The notes under the pieces were generated by a model, which was not told where the DNA came from, did not search any database, and saw only the letters and a list, made by a program, of their open reading frames with translations. A stretch of DNA of 63,323 nucleotides, counting the filler, from Octopus bimaculoides (Eukaryota), in the NCBI RefSeq assembly GCF_001194135.2. It is 8 parts of 8 records of this genome, joined end to end, with 100 filler letters (N's around TTAATTAATTAA, not from the genome) between each part and the next. Parts side by side here need not be neighbours in the genome. Positions count along the whole stretch, not along the records: positions 1 to 14,139 come from NC_069002.1; positions 14,240 to 25,132 come from NC_068984.1; positions 25,233 to 37,958 come from NC_069007.1; 5 more parts are not named here. One strand, 5' to 3'. Below are positions 12,833 to 25,492 of the stretch, piece after piece (positions within the stretch are counted from its first letter, which is position 1; every line of letters begins with the position of its first letter). Position numbers and translations under genes: made by a program.

Positions 12833-13010
12833 TACGAGGGAGTGACGGAAAGTTCCTGACTTTAAGAGGATCGCGAAAGACCTGGTTGGAGGGCTAACCT
12901 TCCGTGTTCTCTTACAGAGCTTAGAAAAACTGAAGGACCACTGCAAATAATTAACTGATCCTAATGTATTTTGTATCCAAACCAGGAACTTTTCAGCCCC
13001 ACCTCTCGTA
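12833..13010. mobile_element. Mariner-derived MITE, about 180 bp
   Basis: TIRs TACGAGGG..GAAAGTTCCTG / CAGGAACTTTTCAGC..CTCGTA with TA ends; same family in the opposite orientation at 42489-42707. Confidence 0.85.
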
Positions 13011-14139
13011 GCTGAATGTGTTTTGAATTACAGTCAGAATTAGGCCTGGTGGTGTGCGCTCTTTGACAAATTAGGATGAAGATCACACCGAACGGATTAA
13101 TTGTTCATTAACAATTCAGCATAATATTCTAATATTATAGCCGGACCGTCACCTTGTCATCATTATGCAAATGAATTGCATAAGTCACATGTATTAGTTA
13201 CTAGCCTTCAGTTACTGTCATCGATATTTATTACGAAAACCTGAGGAATTGGGGAATAGCAACGGAATAACAGCAACCTCGCAGTAAAAAAAAGAGACCA
13301 TGTAGTAAACCACTTCCGTCGTTTTATCCTAGTTTAGTGTTTGTAAGCCAATTATATGATTTAAAAGCTTAACCTTTCTACAAACTGATAGACATGTTCA
13401 GATACGTACACCGAGCCTATGAGAAACTGGCACTATACGCTGGTAGAGAATGAGAAATGTATGGTAAAATGGTTTTAAAACACATATCCATCCTCATTAA
13501 AAAAGCATGAACGCCGTATTGGAACTGTGTCAGAGAATAGGTGGCAGCAGTGCGACGAAGTTTTGACTTTCAAAAAACAAAAAAATACAAGTGACTTTAA
13601 TAATACAAGGGCGGGGAGGTGGAAAAAATAATAGAAGAACAATAAAGAGACAGCAGATATGGCCTGCACACGGGATACTGAATGGCCTCCGCAGATAGAT
13701 ATAAAGGTCATAAGGCTTTCCGTGTGGGAATAGCTTAGAAGACTTAAAGAGAATTGTCGTATATGGCCGGTTGACCCTAACCTGACATTTGCCTCGTACA
13801 TGACTGAGGCATGGGAGATGGCGTGGTACGGGAACTCAAGCGGCACTGAAGATAATGATAGATATATTGATGGATATATCGATGAATAGGGGGTGAAAAA
13901 GCCTCCTTAAGAGGGTTTGAAACCGCATCTTATTGCATTATTTGTAGTGGTTTGAAACCTCATATTGATTTTTTTTTAAAAATATGTTTTCGAGAAAAAC
14001 TCAATCGGCGGGCGTTCGGTTTCGTCTTTAATTTATTCATTTTGTCATCTGATTTTCATTCATTAATGTGTTGTCCAGCCCGCAGCTACTCTGTATACTG
14101 GCTTTATGGCAAATAAAATAAAATAAAGTAGCTTGTTTA

Positions 14140-14239
14140 NNNNNNNNNNNNNNNNNNNNNNNNNNNNNNNNNNNNNNNNNNNNTTAATTAATTAANNNNN
14201 NNNNNNNNNNNNNNNNNNNNNNNNNNNNNNNNNNNNNNN
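14140..14239. other. Artificial scaffold spacer N44-TTAATTAATTAA-N44 (linkers at 14184, 25177, 38003, 41398, 44448, 47296, 60608)
   Basis: Identical 12-mer giving stops in all six frames, centred in 100-bp N runs seven times. Confidence 0.95.
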
Positions 14240-14300
<61 letters not shown>

Positions 14301-14535
14301 CATGCAGATATACCTAGACACACCAATTCAGATAACCACAAAACCTAACAGCTGTCATGAGTTAAAGAAAAAAACATTGTCACTCTGTAAGTAACCAGCT
14401 TGAGGTCTTCAAAGGATAAGAAATTTATATCTCAAAAGAATACACGTACATACCTGCATAATATATAATTAGTTGTTTCGGAAAATGCAAATCTGCATAA
14501 ATATGTGCACACATATATATATGCACATACATATG

Positions 14536-14747
14536 CAGGGTTTCCACAAGGTCTGGGTACATGGAGTAAATAAAATCATAGCATAAACAATTAAATATAA
14601 GAAATGATAATTTCTTAAAGTATGTGTTAATCGCCATGTGGGTACATGGAGTAAATAAAGTCATAGCATAAACAATTAAATATAAGAAATAATAATTTCT
14701 TAAAGTATGTGTTAATCGCCATGTACCCATACTTTGTGGACACCTTG
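14536..14747. mobile_element. Tc1/mariner-type MITE with an internal 85-bp tandem duplication
   Basis: TIRs CAGGGTTTCCACAAGGTCTGGGTACATGG / CCATGTACCCATACTTTGTGGACACCTTG|TA; duplicated units start at 14555 and 14640. Confidence 0.8.
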
Positions 14748-15024
14748 TATATGCATATATACATATATATGCATGTATACATAAATATATATACACATAA
14801 ATATAAATACACATATATATATATATATATATACACATGCATATATATATGTATATATATATATATANNNNNNNNNNNNNNNNNNNNNNNNNNNNNNNNN
14901 NNNNNNNNNNNNNNNNNNNNNNNNNNNNNNNNNNNNNNNNNNNNNNNNNNNNNNNNNNNNNNNNNNNNNNNNNNNNNNNNNNNNNNNNNNNNNNNNNNNN
15001 NNNNNNNNNNNNNNTATATACATA

Positions 15025-15381
15025 TCGAGGGTTCAAGTTGATCCGATCAACGGAACAGCCTGCTCGTGAAATTAACGTGCAAGTGGCTGAGCACCCCACA
15101 GACACGTGTACCCTTAACGTAGTTCTCGGGGATATTCAGCGTGACACAATGTGACAAGGCTGACCCTTTGAATTACAAGCACAACAGAAACAGGAAGTAA
15201 AAGTGAGAGAAAGTTGTGGTGAAAGAGTACAGCAGGGTTCGCCACCACCCCCTGCCGGAGCCTCGTGGAGCTTTAGGTGTTTTCGCTCAATAAACACTCA
15301 CAGCGCCCGGTCTGGGAATCGAAACCGCGAACCTATGACCGCGAGTCCGCTGCCCTAACTACTGGGCTATTGCGCCTCCAC
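15025..15381 (-). mobile_element. tRNA-derived SINE, family B, near full length
   Basis: Minus head GTGGAGGCGCAATAGCCCAGTAGTTAGG...GGTTTCGATTCCC; body and tail match 57774-58121. Confidence 0.85.
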
Positions 15382-15484
15382 TCATACATACATACATACA
15401 TACATACATACATACATACATACGTACGTACATACATACATACATACATACATACATACATACGTGCATACATGTGTACAAACG

Positions 15485-16659
15485 TACGAAGGTCAGTTGA
15501 AAAGTTCATAGGTTGACCAAGGTACTCTCATGAAATGTGATCAAATAAGGTAAATTGTGCAACATAGTCCGCTTTGCGGTCAACACAATTCTTCCATCGG
15601 TGTTGTAGTCCTTGGATCTCATTGGTGAAGAAGCTTTCCCTGTTGCTCAAAAAAAGTCCTCATCAGCAAATAGGACGTCATCTTCACTGCGATACTTGTT
15701 CGCAGCCAAGATTTTTCTTGTTAGGGAACAGATGGTAATCAGATGAGACCAAATCAAAAGAATAAAGAGTTTGATCAATCAGTTGAAAGCCACGGTCATG
15801 CACAGCGGTCATTAAAAGCAAGGATTTGTGAGCTGGAACACTGATGAAACTAGGCCCCTTTCGTCAGTTTTCCTGGGCGTTTTGGCCTTGATAGCCTTTC
15901 GTAACTGCCTCAGCATGTTGGCATAGTATTCTTCATTGATGGTGTCTTTTTTTATATAGTCCCTAAACACAATGCCTTTTACATTCCAAAAAACTGAGGC
16001 TGTCACCTTTCCTGCAGTGAAACGACCTTGGTCTTCTTTGGAGTAGATGTGGAGGGGCGTTTCCACTGCATGGAATGTGTATTTGACTCTGGCTCAAAAT
16101 GATGAATCAACACTCATTCTGGGTTACGCAACTTTCAAGGAAACCACCTGGATCTACCTCAACCACTGTCAAATTTTCCCGTGATGTGATCAGCCTGGTG
16201 CACTTTCGATTAGGCGTCACCAAGGTGATACTTACCAAGGTGAAACTTTCGTCATGCCAAGTTCATTGTGCAGAATATTCTCAACTTTCTCATAGAACAT
16301 CCTAATAGCATTGGCTATTTGATTTATACTCAATCACCTGCTATCTATCAACACGTGGTGAACACGATCAAAGTTTTCTTCAGAAGTGGAAGTTTCAGGA
16401 CGTTCAGACCTTGGGTCATTTTCAAGTAAAGCCCTTTTTCCCGCAGCTACTTGATAACACATCGATGACAAATTTTGTCGACTTTGAAGAAAAGTCGCCA
16501 CAGCTTACTTTTGAAGTCTTCTCCAAACAGACAGATATCACCTGGAAAGAAACAATGCAGTCATGAATAAGAATGGTTGATATTAATGCATGCAAGGTTT
16601 CACAATTCTAAAATCAATGATTCATAGTAAGCCCATGGTCTTTTCAGCCCCCCACCGTA
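15485..16659 (-). mobile_element. Near-complete degenerate mariner transposon
   Basis: Imperfect TIRs at both ends with TA; peptide AGKVTASVFWNVKGIVFRDYIKKDTINEEYYANMLRQLRKAIKAK. Confidence 0.9.
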
Positions 16660-16867
16660 TGTGTAAGCATATATATAAATACACATATACACAGACACAC
16701 ACACGCACTCACGCACAAACCACACACACACAAAAACAAACAAACACATATATATATACAACCATATATATTTATACTTATATATAACAATATATATGCA
16801 TATATACATACACATATATACACTAGATACATTTATATTCATGTGCAATATATATTTATAAATATTA

Positions 16868-16908
<41 letters not shown>

Positions 16909-17373
16909 CATACATATATTTATATGCATGTATGTATATTCATGAATACATACCTGCATCCATATTACCATCCATATATCCATACTTTCATCCATCAATC
17001 CATACATACATACATGTATACTTATATAGATACATACATGCATTCACACAAATATTCATCATGTATTTGCATATGAAAGCGTACATATGTTTGTGTGTAT
17101 GTATGTATGTGTATGTATGTGTATCTATGTATGGATGTGTGCGTTTACATGTGCGTGTGTGTGTGTGTGTGTGCATACGCGTCTTAACACTTCAAAACAA
17201 GAGTATCTTTCAAAGAAATTACGTTCGTTATAAAGTTATATTTAAAAATAACAATGAAATTATGGTTTCATCGGCAGAAACTCAAACGCCCGCCAACTCA
17301 TGCACTTCCCCGCTTTTGTTGTAATGTGAAATAACTATACACATTCATAAACAAACATATGCATGGGTATGAC

Positions 17374-17438
<65 letters not shown>

Positions 17439-17542
17439 ATGTGTGTATATATATATGTATATGTGTGTATATATATATATATATGTATATGTGTGTATAT
17501 ATATATATATATGTATATGTATGTGTATATATATATATATGT

Positions 17543-17574
<32 letters not shown>

Positions 17575-18718
17575 GTATATGTATATGTATATATACGTGT
17601 CTGTGTGTCACTGTACTCGCTCACGTGATATATATATATGTGTGTGAGTGTGTATGTGTGTGTGTGTGTTTGTGTTTGTGTTTGTGTGTGTGTGCGTGCA
17701 CACACAATGGTTTATTTATATTAATGTACTGATGTAAACCATACGAAAAATAATGATTGACATACATACGTGTGTGTGTATGCGTATGTGCCTCTGTGTG
17801 TGTTTGTGTGTGTGTATGTGTTTGTAAACTTGATTAAATAATCAACACTTACACTTGGATGCGTACGTGCATGCATACATACATACATACATACATACAT
17901 ACATACATACATACCTACATGCATACATAATACATATATGCATACATGCAAGCATGTGTATATGCATGTGTACAATTATATATACATGTTGTAGAGAGAG
18001 AAAACAGCTTGAGAGGGTTTGTAAAGAAAAGAGCGAAAGAACATGGAAGAGACAAAAGGAAAGAGGAGGGAGAAAGAAAAGAAATTAGAGAAAACTATAC
18101 AGTGAGAGGGGGAGAAAGAGAGCGAGGTGGGAGGAATGGTGTTCTTTCTTCAAGAACTGCATCAAATTTGCGTATTTCTATTTTATCTTAAAACAAGCAA
18201 TACAAATCCAATTTACTGAGTCACAGAGAAAATTTATTTTTTATACCAGCAATTCCAGATTATGAGTACGGGGTGGGTGCGATGATGTGTGAAGGAGGAT
18301 AGGCAGTTGTGGCGGCGGTAGCGGCGTTGATGCTGGTGCTGGTAGGGAAATGATTATTTTAGGCTTGTTTGCCAATATAGACAATCACGGTTTGTTTCAA
18401 AACTTCACATATCCAATCCAGGAAACTGGCAAAACCAAAGGAGCGCGATATAAATATAAAGCGAGAGATATGAAACGGCAAGGTTGTCATCTTAGCATCT
18501 ATATCTCTAATGCTTAATCTATTTGCCTGTTTATCACTTTCTCTCTTTCTATCTCTGTCTTTGTCTCTCTCTATAGATATACATATATATATGTGTGTGC
18601 GTGTGTATGTGCGTACATACACGCACATACACAGCACACACACACATACACACGTGTATATATATAGATATACACACATATATATAGATATATATATCTA
18701 TATACATACATAACACAA

Positions 18719-18750
<32 letters not shown>

Positions 18751-18773
18751 GTATATATATATGTATATATGTG

Positions 18774-18804
<31 letters not shown>

Positions 18805-18817
18805 ATATATATATATA

Positions 18818-19190
18818 CAAAATGGGACAAGAACGCAAAACATCCAGACAGGTGATACAAGAAAGGGACAACAAAACATCCAGATAGATGATGCAAAGAA
18901 AACAAGGACAGGTCATTCGGAGTTTTCTTTCCTCGGTCGAGATCCAGATTATCTTTGCAATTTCGGCTGGTTATTCTCGATATCGCTCCAATCTGGCATA
19001 ACAACAGATGTCTTTCGACTAAGGACGCATTAAATTAAGCTGACGTGTGTGGAAATAAAGCCTTACGGCAGGGATACAAGTTTTCATAGGCACAGGGAGG
19101 AATATCGATGTTGCACGCACAATGGCAGGCCAAGAAAGTAAGATCAGACTTGGATGAACGCCGGTCGCGTGGGAAGAGAAGAGAGAGAGG
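18818..19190 (-). mobile_element. Probable PLE-type 3' tail, non-coding
   Basis: T-rich tail on minus ending at (TA)n, the same architecture as the HHR-bearing tails; no ORF and no parseable HHR. Confidence 0.4.
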
Positions 19191-19994
19191 TAGAGGTCGA
19201 GGGACAAAAGAATTAAGGAGGGGCGAGAAAAAAATGACAGGGACACGATGAAGTGAAAAGTGGAGGGAAAGTGAGCAAGAAGAGAAGATAAGAGAATGTG
19301 AGCGAGCGGGGACAAAAGACAAGGAATGGAATGAACAATTAAGTGTGAAGAGGCTGACAGAAATAGAGTCATACAAAATTTAGAAAAATGTATACGTACA
19401 TATAAGAGGCAAAGTGTACATACGCCGCTGTATATATATATATATATATATATATTTTAAAATAACGTCGACCACTAATGTGGACAATTAATGCGCTAGA
19501 AATAGATCACATCTTGTGTCTATTNNNNNNNNNNNNNNNNNNNNNNNNNNNNNNNNNNNNNNNNNNNNNNNNNNNNNNNNNNNNNNNNNNNNNNNNNNNN
19601 NNNNNNNNNNNNNNNNNNNNNNNNNNNNNNNNNNNNNNNNNNNNNNNNNNNNNNNNNNNNNNNNNNNNNNNNNNNNNNNNNNNNNNNNNNNNNNNNNNNN
19701 NNNNNNNNNNNNNNNNNNNNNNNNNNNNNNNNNNNNNNNNNNNNNNNNNNNNNNNNNNNNNNNNNNNNNNNNNNNNNNNNNNNNNNNNNNNNNNNNNNNN
19801 NNNNNNNNNNNNNNNNNNNNNNNNNNNNNNNNNNNNNNNNNNNNNNNNNNNNNNNNNNNNNNNNNNNNNNNNNNNNNNNNNNNNNNNNNNNNNNNNNNNN
19901 NNNNNNNNNNNNNNNNNNNNNNATATCCGCAGAAAATATTTACTGCGTCTTATATATTCAGTATGAGAACATGGGCAATGGGTAAATATTATTA

Positions 19995-20465
19995 TAAGAT
20001 CTGGTTGGATTTTATTCCCTCTGGTCAATTTTGAGCACAACATCAATTTTAGTCTCCGCAAATATTCCATCTTCAGTTCTTTCATTTCCTTCTCCATGAT
20101 TTCATTGAACTCTAGTATTTGTAGCCTTCCTTTTCAATTTGTTTAATCAGTTCCCTACTAGGGACTGTACCTTGCCTCTTTTTAGATACGCTATGCCACA
20201 CATTTTGAGTCCGAATTCCATTCTAATATCAGTACTAAAACAATTGACCGTGTTCACCAAGGAGCTCACATGTTCCTCATTCTTGTCATACAGCTCCAAA
20301 TCATCCATGAATAAGAGGTGGTTGATTGTTTGAGATTTTCCCTTCAGTTGATATTCCAAGTTCAATTTCCTAAACATCAAGGTCAGAGAGATCATAGAGT
20401 GAGCAAAAAACAACGGGGATAAGCTATCACCTTGGAAAATGCCTCTTCTGATGCCTTTCAGCACC
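19995..20465 (-). mobile_element. R4/Dong-clade non-LTR retrotransposon RT fragment
   Basis: IRRGIFQGDSLSPLFF...INHLLFMDDLELY...MEFGLKMCG and MEYLRRLKLMLCSKL. Confidence 0.9.
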
Positions 20466-20468
20466 TCC

Positions 20469-20514
<46 letters not shown>

Positions 20515-20569
20515 GTGTGTGTGTGTGTGTGTGGGTGTGTGTGTATTTCTAGCTGCATAGAGTATTTTT

Positions 20570-20895
20570 AACTAGACTGAAAATAGTTGTTAAAACCCAA
20601 TATCGTAGTGCTGATGGTGTCGTCTGCGTTTAACAAACCTCCATCTCCTTCTATTCTTGGTAAATAGAGCATGTTAATATTACGTTTAAAGTTTTATACG
20701 TTATGCATTGAGAATGGTTTCCCACTTCTGTTGTCTAATTCCTATAGCTCTCTATTTATCCATTTAGAAAAGGAACTGAATATTTTAATATTGGCATGGC
20801 TCATAGTGATTTCCCTGATAGCATTTTCTAAATTTAGTTTTGTTTCTAGCTCTTCGAAATCATTCTCTTCTATGCTTTATCTCGCATTTTTCTTC
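20570..20895 (-). mobile_element. R4/Dong-clade post-RT fragment
   Basis: NAIREI...WINREL*ELDNR...NMLYLPRIEGDGGL (LYLPRxEGGRGL-like). Confidence 0.6.
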
Positions 20896-20897
20896 CT

Positions 20898-20928
20898 ATT
20901 ATTATTATTATTATTGTTGTTGTTGTTG

Positions 20929-20992
<64 letters not shown>
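20898..20992. repeat. Compound (TTA)n/(TTG)n/(GTA)n microsatellite
   Basis: Direct reading. Confidence 0.9.
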
Positions 20993-20993
<1 letters not shown>

Positions 20994-21216
20994 TCAATTT
21001 CGATTTAATAGATACATTCCTTTTATTTGAAATATATAAAATCCTTCATGTCCAACAATTAGTGGAAGGGCACATTTGTTCCACTGACAAAACATTTTCG
21101 ATTCATTCAATAGAAATTACATTTTGCATTTCAATCGATATTCATCACTGAAATTCATTGATATTTGATTCTTATAAAATATTAAGTTTCATTAACGGTC
21201 AATATTCCGTCTATTA

Positions 21217-21259
<43 letters not shown>

Positions 21260-21295
21260 ACACACACATGTATATATGCATATGTATATATATAT

Positions 21296-21327
<32 letters not shown>

Positions 21328-22540
21328 NNNNNNNNNNNNNNNNNNNNNNNNNNNNNNNNNNNNNNNNNNNNNNNNNNNNNNNNNNNNNNNNNNNNNNNNN
21401 NNNNNNNNNNNNNNNNNNNNNNNNNNNNNNNNNNNNNNNNNNNNNNNNNNNNNNNNNNNNNNNNNNNNNNNNNNNNNNNNNNNNNNNNNNNNNNNNNNNN
21501 NNNNNNNNNNNNNNNNNNNNNNNNNNNNNNNNNNNNNNNNNNNNNNNNNNNNNNNNNNNNNNNNNNNNNNNNNNNNNNNNNNNNNNNNNNNNNNNNNNNN
21601 NNNNNNNNNNNNNNNNNNNNNNNNNNNNNNNNNNNNNNNNNNNNNNNNNNNNNNNNNNNNNNNNNNNNNNNNNNNNNNNNNNNNNNNNNNNNNNNNNNNN
21701 NNNNNNNNNNNNNNNNNNNNNNNNNNNNNNNNNNNNNNNNNNNNNNNNNNNNNNNNNNNNNNNNNNNNNNNNNNNNNNNNNNNNNNNNNNNNNNNNNNNN
21801 NNNNNNNNNNNNNNNNNNNNNNNNNNNNNNNNNNNNNNNNNNNNNNNNNNNNNNNNNNNNNNNNNNNNNNNNNNNNNNNNNNNNNNNNNNNNNNNNNNNN
21901 NNNNNNNNNNNNNNNNNNNNNNNNNNNNNNNNNNNNNNNNNNNNNNNNNNNNNNNNNNNNNNNNNNNNNNNNNNNNNNNNNNNNNNNNNNNNNNNNNNNN
22001 NNNNNNNNNNNNNNNNNNNNNNNNNNNNNNNNNNNNNNNNNNNNNNNNNNNNNNNNNNNNNNNNNNNNNNNNNNNNNNNNNNNNNNNNNNNNNNNNNNNN
22101 NNNNATATATATATATATATATATATACATATATATATGAAGGATCCAAAATCATTTTAGCTTTGTTCGTTTTTTATGTACTCTCTGTGTAGGAGTGATT
22201 GATCTGAAGTGAACGAGGAAAAAGCTCTCTTGTAAAGCATTGTACTGAAGTTAAGTAGAGTAGTAGATCTATATTAGCTGCATAACACTGAGATAGTCTA
22301 TCCCTCCAGGCCAAAGCAGTTTTTCAACTGTGTCTATAGTTTTAAATCGGATGACTGTGATAGTTCCAATTTTTAAGATTTCTGTAGCATTTCTGGGACA
22401 TTTTTTTCATTTTTATTTGTTTTATGTAATGACTTTTTCTTATACATACATGCATACATTCATGCATACATTCATTAGATAGTTATTTATATGATTTTAT
22501 ATGCTTCAGCTTTGGGACTGCAGCCATGCTGGAGTACCAC

Positions 22541-22576
<36 letters not shown>

Positions 22577-22599
22577 CATTTCTAAATGGCCATTGCTAC

Positions 22600-22642
22600 T
22601 CCAGACTGATGACGAACAAAGACTCAGAAACATGTCTCTGGA
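22600..22642 (+). ncRNA. Minimal type-I hammerhead ribozyme motif, canonical core
   Basis: uccaga CUGAUGA cgaacaaagacuca GAAAC au GUC ucugga: perfect 6-bp stem I, palindromic ACAUGU stem III, weak stem II. Confidence 0.75.
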
Positions 22643-23274
22643 TGCAGGCTTAGCTAAGTGGAGGTGCTTNNNNNNNNNNNNNNNNNNNNNNNNNNNNNNN
22701 NNNNNNNNNNNNNNNNNNNNNNNNNNNNNNNNNNNNNNNNNNNNNNNNNNNNNNNNNNNNNNNNNNNNNNNNNNNNNNNNNNNNNNNNNNNNNNNNNNNN
22801 NNNNNNNNNNNNNNNNNNNNNNNNNNNNNNNNNNNNNNNNNNNNNNNNNNNNNNNNNNNNNNNNNNNNNNNNNNNNNNNNNNNNNNNNNNNNNNNNNNNN
22901 NNNNNNNNNNNNNNNNNNNNNNNNNNNNNNNNNNNNNNNNNNNNNNNNNNNNNNNNNNNNNNNNNNNNNNNNNNNNNNNNNNNNNNNNNNNNNNNNNNNN
23001 NNNNNNNNNNNNNNNNNNNNNNNNNNNNNNNNNNNNNNNNNNNNNNNNNNNNNNNNNNNNNNNNNNNNNNNNNNNNNNNNNNNNNNNNNNNNNNNNNNNN
23101 NNNNNNNNNNNNNNNNNNNNNNNNNNNNNNNNNNNNNNNNNNNNNNNNNNNNNNNNNNNNNNNNNNNNNNNNNNNNNNNNNNNNNNNNNNNNNNNNNNNN
23201 NNNNNNNNNNNNNNNNNNNNNNNNNNNNNNNNNNNNNNNNNNNNNNNNNNNNNNNNNNNNNNNNNNNNNNNNNT

Positions 23275-23349
23275 AGGATGTGAAGCCGGACGAAATGCAT
23301 TAAGCATTTTGTCCTGTGCCTAAACGACTCTTCCAGCAGCTTACTGCCT

Positions 23350-23350
<1 letters not shown>
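23275..23350 (-). mobile_element. SINE family A head fragment
   Basis: Similar to 2455-2516. Confidence 0.6.
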
Positions 23351-23351
<1 letters not shown>

Positions 23352-23380
<29 letters not shown>

Positions 23381-23445
23381 AAGAAGAAGAAGAAGAAGAA
23401 GAAGAAGAAGAAGAAGAAGAAGAAGAAGAAGAAGAAGAAGAAGAA
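23352..23445. repeat. (AGA)n microsatellite
   Basis: Direct reading. Confidence 0.95.
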
Positions 23446-24466
23446 TTGTCCATGTTATTGCCACAAGAGCGACTCTTGATAACAATAACACTATTAACCA
23501 TGAAAAAATGTAAACTTAAAGTAATTCAATGAAACCTAAACAGAATAATGTTAACAGTTCTTTCATGTTATTTGATGGAGTTGGTAAGATGATGTCTGAG
23601 TTGGGGAATGGTGTAGAATGGCAGGGGTGGAGGAATGGGAGTATTGGTGTCTGAAATAACAGAGTGAAGTTCTGGAAAATACGTATAGTTTACAAATATT
23701 TATTCCTTTCATCAATTTCTCATTCTATTTTGGTTCTGTTTTTTCCTTGTTCTCTTTCTCCCCTCCCCCTCTCTCTCCTTCTCTCGCTTTTCTTTTTGTT
23801 AGTTTTATATATATTTTTGCTTTAATTTTATCCTATTAGTAACATTCGCGGACAGACAGAGACCAGCACGTGCATATACACATACATAAACGTACTCACA
23901 CATACAAGTTATACGAACATTCTTACCTACCGACCTGCCTGCCTACTTAAAGATCTACCTACCTACATGCATACATACAACATACATACATACATACATA
24001 CATACATACATACTTACATACATGCATACATACATACATACATACATACAGACATACACATGCATATCACATATACTTACACACGCACAAACACTCACAC
24101 GCACGTATGTATGTATATATGTATTTATGTATGTATGTATATGCATATAGTATATATGTATGTCTGCATTTATGTATGAATATTTATTACTTACACGCAT
24201 ACATGAATGCTATGCATATATGCACAGACACGCTTTTAGAATAGAGATGTTTTGTATTGGAAAATCGGTTGTTGTCTTTCTTGGTTAAAGATAATTTTGA
24301 CTCAATTGCTGCCCCTTATTCCCTCAAAGTTAGAGAAGCATTATAAACTGTATTCCTGTGTGCAATTGCGCTGTCAGTATGAGTATTTTGTTCGAGATTT
24401 ATTCAAATTCTTTGCGATATTCAGACAGACTGTGGACAGTTTATTGGTTTCATCCTCTCTTCATAA

Positions 24467-24990
24467 TTATGAAGAAAAGAGGGGATGAAACCAATAGACT
24501 GTCCACAGTCTGTCTATCCTATGTGAAAGGCCTCTCCGAAAAGATACAAAAGATATGCGGCCCATATGACATCAGGACAGTATTCAAGAGTAATACAACA
24601 CTTCGCAAATATCTCCTTCGAGTAAAACCATAAATAGCAGAGAATATGACCAAAGACTGCGTGTACTCCACCCCATGCAATTGTGATAGGTTATACAAAG
24701 GCGAAACATGCCACCCCCTGAAAATAAGGGTAGACGAATATCGCAAATCTGTGACACGAGGAGATATTGATAAATCGGGTATAGTTGATCATGTATGGAA
24801 AAATGGAGATCACCTCCCCCTGTGGGATGAAGTTAAAATGATAGAGAACACCACTGGGAAATACGAAAAACTAAAAGAAGCAGCACATATGCTAGGACAC
24901 GACAACCTCCTAAGCTAAGCAGACCAGGTGCGGATATGAGTAGCATATGGGAACCGGTATTTAGGAAGGATAGGAAAATATTAGGTTCAT
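24467..24990 (+). mobile_element. Penelope-like element 3' ORF fragment (linker plus GIY-YIG endonuclease), 5'-truncated
   Basis: LSYVKGLSEKIQKICGPYDIRTVFKSNTTLR...CVYSTPCNCDRLYKGETCHPLKIRVDEY...KSGIVDHVW...EAAHML. Confidence 0.9.
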
Positions 24991-25008
24991 AAGCCCTGAA
25001 ATTCACTC

Positions 25009-25060
25009 AGAGCGTGGGCTACTAATCCCAAGATTCCAAATTCGATTCCAAGCAGTGACT

Positions 25061-25132
<72 letters not shown>
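25009..25132 (+). mobile_element. 5'-truncated tRNA-like head plus (AAT)n, same module as 63152-63270
   Basis: AGAGCGTGGGCTACTAATCCCAAGATTCCAAATTCGATTCCAAGCAGTGACTTGAATAATAAT. Confidence 0.8.
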
Positions 25133-25444
25133 NNNNNNNNNNNNNNNNNNNNNNNNNNNNNNNNNNNNNNNNNNNNTTAATTAATTAANNNNNNNNNNNN
25201 NNNNNNNNNNNNNNNNNNNNNNNNNNNNNNNNATGTATTTATGTATATATGTATGAAGGTAGGTAAGTATGTAGGTAGATGTGTAGGGCTCTACATATAT
25301 ATATATATATATATGTACATATATAAGTGTGTGCATATATACATGCATATATACATGCATATACAGACACATATATCTGTATATACACACACACGTACAC
25401 GTACACATATATATACATATATACATATATAAATATATGTATAT

Positions 25445-25492
<48 letters not shown>

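Noticed and set aside
13500-13810. Faint RTE-like C-terminal peptide (LKRIVVYGRL)
   Set aside because: Too degenerate to support a call.
14000-17305. AACGCCCGCC in inverted orientation at about 14020 and 17295 as transposon subterminal repeats
   Set aside because: Only about 10 nt match, and a scaffold spacer lies between them.
18900-19010. Hammerhead in the 18818-19190 tail
   Set aside because: Hairpins exist (CCAGATT/AATCTGG) but no arrangement gives both core halves.
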